Source: Eubacteriales bacterium
GTDB taxonomy: Bacteria; Bacillota; Clostridia; Oscillospirales; CAG-272
DNA length: 64,000 bases
NCBI GenBank assembly: GCA_045576795.1
Contig: JAZNHE010000113.1
Coordinates: forward strand, 6,030 to 70,029
Reading direction: 5' to 3'
Shown: in pieces, positions 37,336 through 46,600 of the stretch
How positions within the stretch are numbered: the first letter of the stretch is position 1
How the letters are laid out: every line of letters starts with the position of its first letter
Program-made: the position numbers and the translations under genes
Notes under the pieces: model-generated
Seen by the model: the letters and a program-made list of their open reading frames with translations, nothing else
Databases searched by the model: none
What the model was told of the DNA's origin: nothing

Positions 37336-38019
37336 TTAAAGCTCCACGGGTACGTAGGGCTCGAGTATCATACGGTCGTCAAAATCGAAATCGTCAGGGT
37401 CAGTATCATCAAAAAGACCGTAATGCACAGGCACCGCTGCATGCGCACCTATCTCATAGGCAAAGTCTGCGGCATCCTTGGCATTCATATTATTTCCTCT
37501 GCCGTTTATGGGGAGAAAAGCGTAATCCACACCGTCCTCCACAAGGTCGAGGCAATCGTCAATAACGTCAAAGTTGTAGAGCGTATCACCGCTGACGTAA
37601 TAAGTTTTCTCACCGTCGTCAAGAATAAATCCGACAGCATCTCTGTCGCCGTGCTCCGCCTTCACGGAATAGAAGGTTATTCCTTTCTCGCTCCATACCG
37701 AATGAGGAGAAAGAAGAACTATATTGTGACGGTATCCAAGAGTAGACAGCTTATCGTATGCACTCTTTGATGCAAGAACGGTAATATTCTTATCCGTACG
37801 GGAAAGATAGTGCGACAGGGTCTCTATATCAAGATGATACGGGTGTGAATGTGTCAGAAGTATTACGTCGGGAGATACCTCAAGATAGCTCTCATCAATA
37901 GGCACTCTTCTCTTCTTTCCGTTAGACGCCTGTGAGTCTGATAAGTAGGGGTCTACGATAACGGTAGCTCTCTCATTCTCGAACATAAGTCCCGCCTGTG
38001 TTAACCAAGTAACCTTCAT
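37336..38019 (-). CDS. MBL-fold metallo-hydrolase
   Basis: 227 aa with the metal-binding motif LLTHSHPYHLD (HxHxxH-type variant) and the beta-lactamase-fold pattern VDPYLSD. Confidence 0.75.
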   Translation of the reverse strand: MKVTWLTQAGLMFENERATVIVDPYLSDSQASNGKKRRVPIDESYLEVSPDVILLTHSHPYHLDIETLSHYLSRTDKNITVLASKSAYDKLSTLGYRHNIVLLSPHSVWSEKGITFYSVKAEHGDRDAVGFILDDGEKTYYVSGDTLYNFDVIDDCLDLVEDGVDYAFLPINGRGNNMNAKDAADFAYEIGAHAAVPVHYGLFDDTDPDDFDFDDRMILEPYVPVEL

Positions 38020-38123
38020 ATTTTATCTCCGTTCCGCCCTCACGGGCTAAAATGTTTTTAAAATTTGATATTTACAAAATTGCTGTTTTTAGTGCAATAT
38101 AATGTTATTTTGCTAATTTAAGT

Positions 38124-38636
38124 TTACAAAATCAGTATTCCGAGTACGCCCGAGGCAACTCCTATCGCAGCACCGACAATAACATCTCTTACAAAGTGTA
38201 TCCCGAGCATCACACGTGCCGTCGCTATAATAATCCCGAGCAAAATTACCGCCGAGCCGAGAATTATACTCCACTCCATAATAAGCGTTCCAATGATAAA
38301 TGCCGAGAAAACGTGGCGGCTGGGGAAGGACTCTCCTCGCTTTGCCCTCATTAATTCTCCGTTCAGATTACCGAGAGAATAGATCTCATACGGCCTCTTG
38401 CTGTTTATAAGCCTACGCATAAGACTGACAATGACAAACGGTATGAGAGCAGCGAGCAGAATTTTAATTCCCACGACGTAGTCATACATCGCATTTACCG
38501 TGAGGAAAACCGTAAACGAGGCGGCGGTGAGAAGCACGGAAAACGTCGATAACGCTCTCAGCAGCCTCGGAAGATGCTCCGATGAATAAACACGGTTGTA
38601 CATATTCATGCGTTTTTCATATTGCGCGTTTTTCAT
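38124..38636 (-). CDS. PAP2-family phosphatase (membrane lipid phosphate / undecaprenyl-PP phosphatase-like)
   Basis: 170 aa with about 4 TM helices. It has the three PAP2 motifs: KRPY, PSRH (SFPSRHVFSAF) and ARVMLGIHFVRDV. Confidence 0.85.
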   Translation of the reverse strand: MKNAQYEKRMNMYNRVYSSEHLPRLLRALSTFSVLLTAASFTVFLTVNAMYDYVVGIKILLAALIPFVIVSLMRRLINSKRPYEIYSLGNLNGELMRAKRGESFPSRHVFSAFIIGTLIMEWSIILGSAVILLGIIIATARVMLGIHFVRDVIVGAAIGVASGVLGILIL

Positions 38637-38810
38637 CCCGATACCCCCTCACGTAAAGCAGTCCTCAGATAAATACCGAAATTGCCCCGTCGGTTGATGC
38701 GGGCAATTACGCCAAAACCGCATCGGCGGTCGGTCGGCATTCATCGGCCTATATTATATTATCACATTTATCTCTTATTTGTCAATCTCACCCTCTACTT
38801 TATTTTAATT

Positions 38811-38987
38811 CCTCGGGGTGTGTACTCGAATATTTTTGCGCGCTAATTTCTTCATTTGATCTATGTGGGGCACAAATATTTTGCGCACCATTTTTTTCCT
38901 TTGATATATGTAGGGCACAAATATTTTGGTGCTTCGTTTTCTTCCTTCGGGTTTCGTAGATGCTTAAATATTTTACGTGCGCTATTT
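38811..38987. repeat. Degenerate tandem repeat, about 45-47 bp x4 (a fifth weak copy overlaps the ileS promoter)
   Basis: The core AATATTTT recurs at 38829, 38875, 38920 and 38967 (and AATATTT at 39016). Flanks are conserved, e.g. tttgatctatgtggggcacaaatattttgcgc versus tttgatatatgtagggcacaaatattttggtgc. Confidence 0.8.
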
Positions 38988-39003
38988 TAATTTTTCAAAA
39001 GTA

Positions 39004-39032
39004 TTGACATTCCCAAATATTTGTAGTAGAAT
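39004..39032 (+). promoter_or_regulatory. Sigma-A promoter of the ileS T-box leader
   Basis: TTGACA (39004-39009), a 17-nt spacer, then TAGAAT (39027-39032). Confidence 0.7.
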
Positions 39033-39039
39033 GTACGTG

Positions 39040-39306
39040 TTAAAAATCTAAAGACTGTGACGAAGACAGTAGCTATGCGGAACAGGTACAGAGAGTCGAC
39101 GGTGGTGAGAGTCGATACGAAGTACGCATAGGCGTGACACGCCCGACACCGTCGGTGAAAATCACTTCCGAGTCGCATCTGTGAAGCCCTTTTTCCTGGG
39201 GTGTGTAATGGGTGACGGTGCCTTTCCGTAATCTTAGGCGCATATTGTTGGATATGTGAATGGATGGTTATATTTTCCGTTTCCATAGGAAGCGGTTTTT
39301 TTATTT
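39040..39306 (+). promoter_or_regulatory. T-box leader (tRNA-Ile sensing, specifier AUC) with intrinsic terminator
   Basis: Stem I elements: GA/K-turn-like tgtgacgaaga, AGUA, the AG bay cagagag and the distal loop ggtggtgaga. The specifier context gaaa-ATC-a-cttccgag (ATC at 39161-39163) parallels GAA-codon-A-CUUCGAG of known T-boxes. A T-box-like aatgggtgacggtgcc is present. The terminator is ccgtttcc/ggaagcgg (39277-39295) plus a T-run. Confidence 0.72.
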
Positions 39307-39358
39307 TCAGGGAGAATTTTAATAAGATATACGGGCGTTATGCCCGAAAGGAGAAAAA

Positions 39359-42300
39359 ATGGAGATTTACGAGAAGGTATCGACAAACCTGAACTTTGTC
39401 GAAAGAGAAAAGGCTACCAGAGCCTTCTGGGAGCAGAACAATATCTTCGAGAAGAGCATCACCGAGAGAGAGGGTAAGGACAATTACACGTTCTTCGACG
39501 GCCCTCCCACCGCTAACGGCAAGCCGCACATCGGCCACGTGCTCACAAGAGTAATCAAGGATATGGTTCCCCGTTACCAGACTATGAAGGGCAAAAGAGT
39601 TCTTCGTAAAGCAGCCTGGGACACACACGGTCTGCCCGTCGAGCTTGAGGTTGAAAAGAAGCTCGGCATCAACGGTAAGGACCAGATAGAGGCATACGGA
39701 CTTGAGCCGTTCATAGCTCACTGCAAGGGGTCCGTGTGGAAATACAAGGAAATGTGGGAGGACTTCTCCGGCACTGTCGGCTTCTGGGCTGATATGGACA
39801 ACCCCTACGTTACATACACAAACGACTTCATAGAGTCCGAGTGGTGGGCTCTCAAGCAGATATGGGATAAGGGACTGCTCTACAAGGGCTTCAAGATAGT
39901 TCCCTACTGTCCACGTTGCGGTACTCCACTCTCAAGCCACGAGGTTGCACAGGGATACAAGACCGTAAAGGAGAAGTCAGCAATAGCACGCTTCAAGTGC
40001 CAGGATGAGGATGCATACTACCTCGCGTGGACAACAACCCCCTGGACACTCCCCTCAAACGTTGCACTCTGTGTAAACCCCAAGGATACCTATTGCAAGG
40101 TTTCCTGCATTGACGGAAACGTCTACTATATGGCGGAGGCTCTGCTCGACAAGGTGCTCTCCCCCCTTGCAGACGAGGGCGAGAAGGCATATGAAATTCT
40201 CGAAAAGATGCCCGGCTCCGCGCTTGAATACCGCCCCTATGTTCCGCTCTTTGATTTCACAGCGGCAGAGGTAACTCGTCAGAAGGCAAAGGCGCACTAT
40301 ATCGTGTGCGACGACTACGTAACAATGTCCGACGGTACGGGTATCGTTCACATCGCACCCGCATTCGGTGAGGACGACTCCAAGGTAGGAAGAAAATACG
40401 AGCTCCCCTTCGTTCAGTTTGTAGACGGCAAGGGCGAGCTTACGCAAAACACCCCCTACGCAGGAATATTCGTTAAAAAAGCAGACCCCATCATCCTCGA
40501 GGACCTCGAAAAAATGGGCAAGCTCTTCTCTGCTCCCAAGTTTGAGCACGACTATCCTCACTGCTGGAGATGTAACACGCCCCTCATCTATTACGCAAGA
40601 GATACCTGGTTTATCAAGATGACGGCAGTGCGTGATAACCTTATCAAAAACAACAATACTGTCAACTGGATACCCGAGAGCATAGGCAAGGGCAGATTTG
40701 GCGACTGGCTTGAAAACGTGCAGGACTGGGGCTTGTCCCGTAACAGATATTGGGGAACTCCTCTCAACATCTGGGAGTGCTCCTGCGGACACCGTCACTC
40801 CATAGGCTCTATCGAGGAGCTCAAGAGTATGTCGGACAACTGTCCCGAAAATATCGAGTTGCACCGCCCCTTCATCGACGAGGTAACCATCAAGTGTCCC
40901 GAGTGCGGTGGAGAAATGAAGCGTGTCAGCGAGGTTATTGACTGCTGGTTCGACTCAGGCTCAATGCCCTTTGCACAGTGGCACTATCCTTTTGAGAACA
41001 AGGAGGTATTCCACTCACAGTTCCCTGCAGATTTCATCAGCGAGGGCGTAGACCAGACACGCGGTTGGTTCTATGCGCTTATGGCAATATCCACACTTCT
41101 GTTTGACTGCGCGCCCTTCAAGAACGTACTTGTACTCGGTCACGTGCTTGACAAGGAGGGACAGAAGATGTCGAAATCCAAGGGCAACGCGATAGACCCC
41201 TTCGACGCCCTTGAAACCTACGGAGCAGATGCTATCCGTTGGTACTTCTACTCAAATTCAGCACCCTGGCTGCCCAACAGATTCTTCGGTGAGGCGGTAG
41301 TCGAGGGACAGAGAAAGTTTATGGGTACTCTCTGGAATACCTATGCATTCTATGCTCTGTATGCAAATATCGACGGCTTTGACCCCACAAAGTACACGCT
41401 TGACAAATCCACCCTCTCCGTAATGGACAGATGGATACTCTCCAAGCTCAACTCTGCGGTAAAATCCGTTGATGATATGCTCGCAAATTACAAGATAACC
41501 GAGGCGTCAAGAGTGCTCGAGAGCTTTGTAGATGAGCTCTCAAACTGGTACGTACGCCGCAGCCGTGAGAGATTCTGGGTAAAGGATATGCCCGAGGATA
41601 AGGTAAATGCCTATCTCACTCTCTACACCTGTCTTGTTACAATAGCAAAGATTTCAGCACCTATGATTCCGTTTATGACGGAGGATATATACAGAAATCT
41701 CGTGTGCTCCGTAGACAAGAGCGCACCCATATCCATACACCTCAACCCCTTCCCCGTAGCAGACGAGTCACTCATTGACAAGTCGCTTGAGGAAAATATG
41801 GACGAGGTAATGGAAATCGTAGTTCTCGGTCGTGCCTGCAGAAATGCGGCGGCTATCAAGAACCGTCAGCCTATCGGCAAGATGTACGTAAAGGCGGACA
41901 AGACTCCCGACGAGAGCTTTGTAACCGTAATCAAGGAGGAACTCAATCTCAAGGAGGTAGAATTCACCGACAACGTTCGCTCATTCACAACCTACACCTT
42001 CAAGCCGCAGCTCCGCACAGTAGGTCCTAAGTACGGCAAATTCCTCGGCGGTATCAGAGCAACTCTCTCCGCTATCGACGGCAATGCCGCAATGGACGAG
42101 CTTGAGGCAAACGGTGCTCTCACCTTTGAGGTAAACGGTGAGAAGATAGTTCTCACTAACGAGGATTTGCTCATAGAGATGACCAAGAAGGACGGCTTCG
42201 AGTCCCTCTCCGACCACGGTGTAACGGTAGTTATCGACAAGAACCTCACCCCCGAGCTTATCGAGGAAGGAAACGTGCGCGAGATTATATCCAAAATTCA

Positions 42301-42514
42301 GACGATGCGTAAGGACTCAGGCTTTGAGGTAATGGATAACATCAGAATTTCACTCACAGGCAATCAGACCGTTGAGGCTATAGCAATGCGCAACGCCGAG
42401 GAAATCAAGTCAGAAACGCTCGGTGTCGAGCTTACACTCGGAGTCCATCTCAAGCACAGCAAGGAATGGAATATCAACGGTGAGAATGTGACAATCTCTG
42501 TTGAGAAAGTATAA
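39359..42514 (+). CDS. ileS: Isoleucine--tRNA ligase (long, type-2-like form)
   Basis: 1051 aa with the HIGH motif (PTANGKPHIGH), KMSKS (GQKMSKSKGN), the CP1 editing region, and Cys clusters CPRCGT and CPECGG. Confidence 0.95.
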   Translation: MEIYEKVSTNLNFVEREKATRAFWEQNNIFEKSITEREGKDNYTFFDGPPTANGKPHIGHVLTRVIKDMVPRYQTMKGKRVLRKAAWDTHGLPVELEVEKKLGINGKDQIEAYGLEPFIAHCKGSVWKYKEMWEDFSGTVGFWADMDNPYVTYTNDFIESEWWALKQIWDKGLLYKGFKIVPYCPRCGTPLSSHEVAQGYKTVKEKSAIARFKCQDEDAYYLAWTTTPWTLPSNVALCVNPKDTYCKVSCIDGNVYYMAEALLDKVLSPLADEGEKAYEILEKMPGSALEYRPYVPLFDFTAAEVTRQKAKAHYIVCDDYVTMSDGTGIVHIAPAFGEDDSKVGRKYELPFVQFVDGKGELTQNTPYAGIFVKKADPIILEDLEKMGKLFSAPKFEHDYPHCWRCNTPLIYYARDTWFIKMTAVRDNLIKNNNTVNWIPESIGKGRFGDWLENVQDWGLSRNRYWGTPLNIWECSCGHRHSIGSIEELKSMSDNCPENIELHRPFIDEVTIKCPECGGEMKRVSEVIDCWFDSGSMPFAQWHYPFENKEVFHSQFPADFISEGVDQTRGWFYALMAISTLLFDCAPFKNVLVLGHVLDKEGQKMSKSKGNAIDPFDALETYGADAIRWYFYSNSAPWLPNRFFGEAVVEGQRKFMGTLWNTYAFYALYANIDGFDPTKYTLDKSTLSVMDRWILSKLNSAVKSVDDMLANYKITEASRVLESFVDELSNWYVRRSRERFWVKDMPEDKVNAYLTLYTCLVTIAKISAPMIPFMTEDIYRNLVCSVDKSAPISIHLNPFPVADESLIDKSLEENMDEVMEIVVLGRACRNAAAIKNRQPIGKMYVKADKTPDESFVTVIKEELNLKEVEFTDNVRSFTTYTFKPQLRTVGPKYGKFLGGIRATLSAIDGNAAMDELEANGALTFEVNGEKIVLTNEDLLIEMTKKDGFESLSDHGVTVVIDKNLTPELIEEGNVREIISKIQTMRKDSGFEVMDNIRISLTGNQTVEAIAMRNAEEIKSETLGVELTLGVHLKHSKEWNINGENVTISVEKV

Positions 42515-42517
42515 AAA

Positions 42518-43372
42518 ATGAGTCTTGATAAAAGCAAAATAGAGAGTCTATTAGGTGAATTATTAAAGGATTTGTCTATATTTGTTTACAATTCTACCGA
42601 TTCTACAAACACAAGAGCTAAGGCTCTCGCAACCGATGTGTCTGTCCGTAAAGCAGTATTCATAGCAGACGGGCAGACCTCGGGCAGAGGCAGAATGGGA
42701 CGCTCATTTCTCTCAAACGAGGGCAAGGGCCTATACCTATCTATACTTGTAAAGGACGGCAAGGGAGTAAACAACGCTCTCGGTGTAACCACCTATATGG
42801 CAGTTATAGCCTCACGCGCTATTGAAGTTCTGTCGGGGATAAAGACAGGTATAAAGTGGGTTAATGACATCTATTGCGGTGAAAGGAAGCTCGCAGGCAT
42901 ACTCACCGAGGGGCAAATCAATCCCACAGACGGCAGTATGGACTACTACGTATGCGGAATAGGTATAAACCTCTTGCATCAGGATTTTCCGCACGAGCTC
43001 GCTTACACCGCCACAACTGTTGAGGACGAGTGCGGCAAGATAATCGACGTCAGTGTACTTGCGGCAAGAATAATATCGGACTTCTTTTCGGGAATTGCGA
43101 TCCTCGGCGACAAGAGTATAACAGACGAGTACGTCAGCCGTTCAATCCTACTCGGCAAGGACGTCACAGTCATAAAGCCGAATGTGGAATATCCCGCAAC
43201 GGTAACGGGAATAACCGACAAATGCGAGCTGATACTAAAGCTTTTTGACGGTAAAGAAGAGATATTATCAAGCGGCGAGGTTAGTGTGCGCGTAAAACAG
43301 ACCGCGCCACAACCCCTAAACAGTCAAAAAAGCTTATCAATTCTTGAAGAACAACAGTCAGACAAGACTTGA
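42518..43372 (+). CDS. birA: Biotin--[acetyl-CoA-carboxylase] ligase, class I (no N-terminal HTH)
   Basis: GQTSGRGRMGRSF (the GRGRxGR motif), KWVNDI, and a C-terminal SH3-like end at ...GEVSVRV. The last 25 codons or so run into a repeat tract (see findings). The start is 3 nt after ileS. Confidence 0.88.
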   Translation: MSLDKSKIESLLGELLKDLSIFVYNSTDSTNTRAKALATDVSVRKAVFIADGQTSGRGRMGRSFLSNEGKGLYLSILVKDGKGVNNALGVTTYMAVIASRAIEVLSGIKTGIKWVNDIYCGERKLAGILTEGQINPTDGSMDYYVCGIGINLLHQDFPHELAYTATTVEDECGKIIDVSVLAARIISDFFSGIAILGDKSITDEYVSRSILLGKDVTVIKPNVEYPATVTGITDKCELILKLFDGKEEILSSGEVSVRVKQTAPQPLNSQKSLSILEEQQSDKT

Positions 43373-43495
43373 AGCACAAGAGCCGATAAGACTCCAAGCA
43401 TATAACTCGTACAAGACTTAACGCACAAGAACCTATGAGTTTCAGGCTATAAGGTGTGACAAGCCTCAAAAATTGAGCCTACAAGATTGATAGCT
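43355..43495. repeat. Degenerate repeat tract of about 24/49-bp period spanning the birA stop codon
   Basis: ACAAGACTT-like cores occur at 43362, 43386 (ataagactc), 43411, 43459 (acaagcctc) and 43481 (acaagattg). The longer match gacaagacttgaagcacaagagcc versus tacaagacttaacgcacaagaacc is 49 bp apart. Confidence 0.7.
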
Positions 43496-43531
43496 GAATA
43501 CAAATAAAAAATATTGATTAAAAATCAAAAT

Positions 43532-43582
43532 AAAAAAGGTTAGCAAGGTGTCAGTGACATTAAGCTAACCTTTTCATTTTTT
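43532..43582. terminator. Bidirectional terminator between birA and addA
   Basis: A-run, stem ggttagc (43538-43544) / gctaacc (43564-43570) with an inner hairpin, then the T-rich run ttttcatttttt. Confidence 0.65.
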
Positions 43583-43611
43583 ATACCATTATATACTATC
43601 AGAAAAATCGA

Positions 43612-46600
43612 CTATTTCGGCACAGAAACGTCGAGAGTATCTGCAAGAGGCAGAGAATATACCTCGATAGTCTTTGGATATTTGCCAAACATAAGCTCCA
43701 CCGCATCCGCATAATAAGCGAGCTGTGCGGAGTGCTTGTCGTACATCTTCTTCCTTGCCAGCTCTCTGTCGGCAAGCTCCTCCTTTGTCAGACGGTCGGT
43801 TTTATAATCCACGAGGTGCCATTCTCCGTCGTTGTCCTCGTAAAGACAGTCGATAACCCCCTGCACAAGCACACTCTCGCCTCGGTACAATTCCTTGAGA
43901 GTCTTGTCGGCGGTGAACTGCTCCGCAGGGAGCTTCACGTTAAATCTGAACTCACGGTACACGGTCTTGGCTTTAAGAATATCCCGTATGAGCCTTGACG
44001 AGGCAAATCTGTCAGCCTCGTAGAGTCTTACGAGCCCTGCATCCTCCTCTGACAGGAATCCCTTATCCGTTAGTCTTTTTACCTCACTCCTCGCGCCCGA
44101 TGAAGCGAGTGCGGAGAAATCGCAGAACTGCATCAGCATATGCGTTGCTATACCGCGTCTCGCGCTCTCGTCCTTACGCTCTCCTGAAATGAACGTGGGA
44201 AGATAAACCCTTCTATCTCCCTCCTCGTCGGACTCGGTATCAACACTCACAGTCCCCTCGTCGGTGCCGTCGAGTATTTCGGGGTAGAGCTTTGATACAG
44301 ACAGCTTACCGGGAATACGGCACAGATGAGCATTTGAATATACAAAGTCAAATCTATCCTTTAGTATTTTTGAAAGCTCGAATGCATCTCTTTCATCCAC
44401 CGTCACGTCATCTGTATCTTGTGAGGACTCCTGTACGTCGGAGCTCTCCTCACATTCTGCATTTATATTGCCGGATTCGGCCTCTTTACTGTACACGTAT
44501 GGGGGGTTAAGCAAAAATTCCGACGGCATCTTCACGTCAAAGTCCTTAGCCGAGAGTATCATATCAAGGAACGACGACACGTTGTATATATCGTATTCCG
44601 ACATATATTCTCTCATAGCCGCCATCTCGGACAGATATGTGGCAACGTCGGTGCGCGACTTACTTACCACGTACAGACGCTCTCTCGCTCTGGTGAGGAT
44701 AACGTACAAGACGCGCGCCTCCTCCTCAATCTTCTTGCGATAGCGGTAATGCTTAACTATATCCTTTGTGGAATTCTTTACAACGGCAAGTCCCGAGGGT
44801 GTCCTCAGGTTCATACCCATTCCAAAGCCCTCCTCGTATTCAAAACGGGACTCCTCGCCGGGAGACGTGCCGCTCTTTCTGAATGAGCTGTCAGCTCCTA
44901 CGAAGAATACGACGGGATATTCAAGTCCCTTTGCGCCGTGGGCGGTTATTATTCTCACCGCATCACATTCTCCGGGAGCCTCTCGCTTGTCAAATTCACT
45001 GGTCCTGCCCGTCAGCTGATTGATATAGCTGATAAAGTTGTAAAGCCCCTTGAATGAGCCTGACTCAAACCGTCTTGCATGCTCATAGAGCAGCATGAGA
45101 TTTTCCTTACTCTCCTTACGGTTAGCCGCCAGAGCAAGCATACCCGTCTCATGATAAAGCTTGATGAGCAGCTTGTCCGTGGGCATTCCCTCGGAAATTA
45201 AGCGGTAATATTCGAGCTTTTCAAGGAATTTCCTTACACGCTCCCCGTCATTTTCCTCCTCGGCGTATAGCTTCAGCGAGTCGAGGAGAGTGGGGGCAGG
45301 AGCTTTTTTCCTTATAAGCGCAAGGTCGCCGACGGTAAATCCGTAGAGCGGCGAGCACATAAGTCCTGCAAGATATATATCCTTATGCGGATTGTCAATG
45401 GAATTCAGCAGGCTCAAAACAAGCAAGACGTCGGAGTTTATAAAGAACACGCTGTTTTCCTTTACTGCTACGGGAATTCCGTACTGCGATAAAACAGAGG
45501 TATAAAGAGCCGCCTGACTCTTGACCTTTCTCATAATTATCGCTATGTGCTTGTGTTGTATTTTCTCACCGTTATCAAGATATCCGTGGTCGAGCAGCTC
45601 ACGTATTTTTCTCGCCACCACGTCGGGAACAAGCGTTTTCTGGTCCTCGACAAGATTATAGCGAGGGTCTTTTTTTGAAATAGGCGGTACAAGACATATT
45701 TCGGGGTAACGGTACTCCGGTTTTTCATGCTCATACACCTTGCTGAAATTGAGTCTGTCATCGTTTACATATCCGATACTGTTTTTCAAATATCCGAACA
45801 CTCTGTCAAATATATGGTTAATGAAATCGATTACGCCCTCATCACATCGGAAATTGTCTGACATAAATATCGAAGCATACGGAAAATCACCGTCATTACC
45901 CAGGGGCGTGTAGGTTTTTTTCATATTTGCGAATATACGGGGGTTTGCGCTTCTGAATTCATAAATACTCTGCTTTATATCACCGACCATAAATCTGTTG
46001 GTCTCGGTCGAGATAGCCTCGAATATCTTGTTTTGCAGACTGTTAACGTCCTGATATTCGTCAATGTATATCGCCTTATAGAGTCCCGACTGCGCTATAG
46101 CAATATCGGTTTTCTCTCCGTTGTGCCACAGGCACTCATACGTATATCGCTCAATATCCGTAAACTCGAGTATGCCTCTGCGGTTTTTCTCCGCTCTGAA
46201 AAGACGGTCAAACTCCTTAACTATGCGATAAAGCACGCCAAACTGACGGTAGAGCCCCTCATACGCAACTCTCCAATCCTCCTCCGAGGCAAAGAAGAGC
46301 GTGTCGCGCAGCTTAATAAGTTCGTTCTTTAATTTACTCCTTACCTCTGTTACGGGCGGCAAGCCTATATTCTTCGGCACAGGCGGAGAGTCCTCAAATT
46401 TAACACCGATAAGGACCTCGCGCGTATCACTGTATTTTTCACACGGACCGAGGCTGTTAAGTATTTTGAGCGTGTCATTTAGCATTTCTATTATCTTTAC
46501 ACGCTTTCCGCCCTCAAACTCGACTACCTCATCTCTTATCCGTCCTATTGCAGAAAGGTAATGCTCCTTCAGCTCCTTGAGCCTTGCGAGGCAGTATTTA

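Noticed and set aside
38811-39032. Possibility that the intergenic tandem repeats here (and at 51024-51105 and 43355-43495) are CRISPR arrays.
   Set aside because: The units are directly abutting and degenerate, with no unique spacers of constant length. No cas genes or leader are present.
38987-39286. A 99-aa minus-strand ORF upstream of ileS.
   Set aside because: It is fully antisense to the T-box leader and its promoter. The region is better explained as a cis-regulatory RNA.
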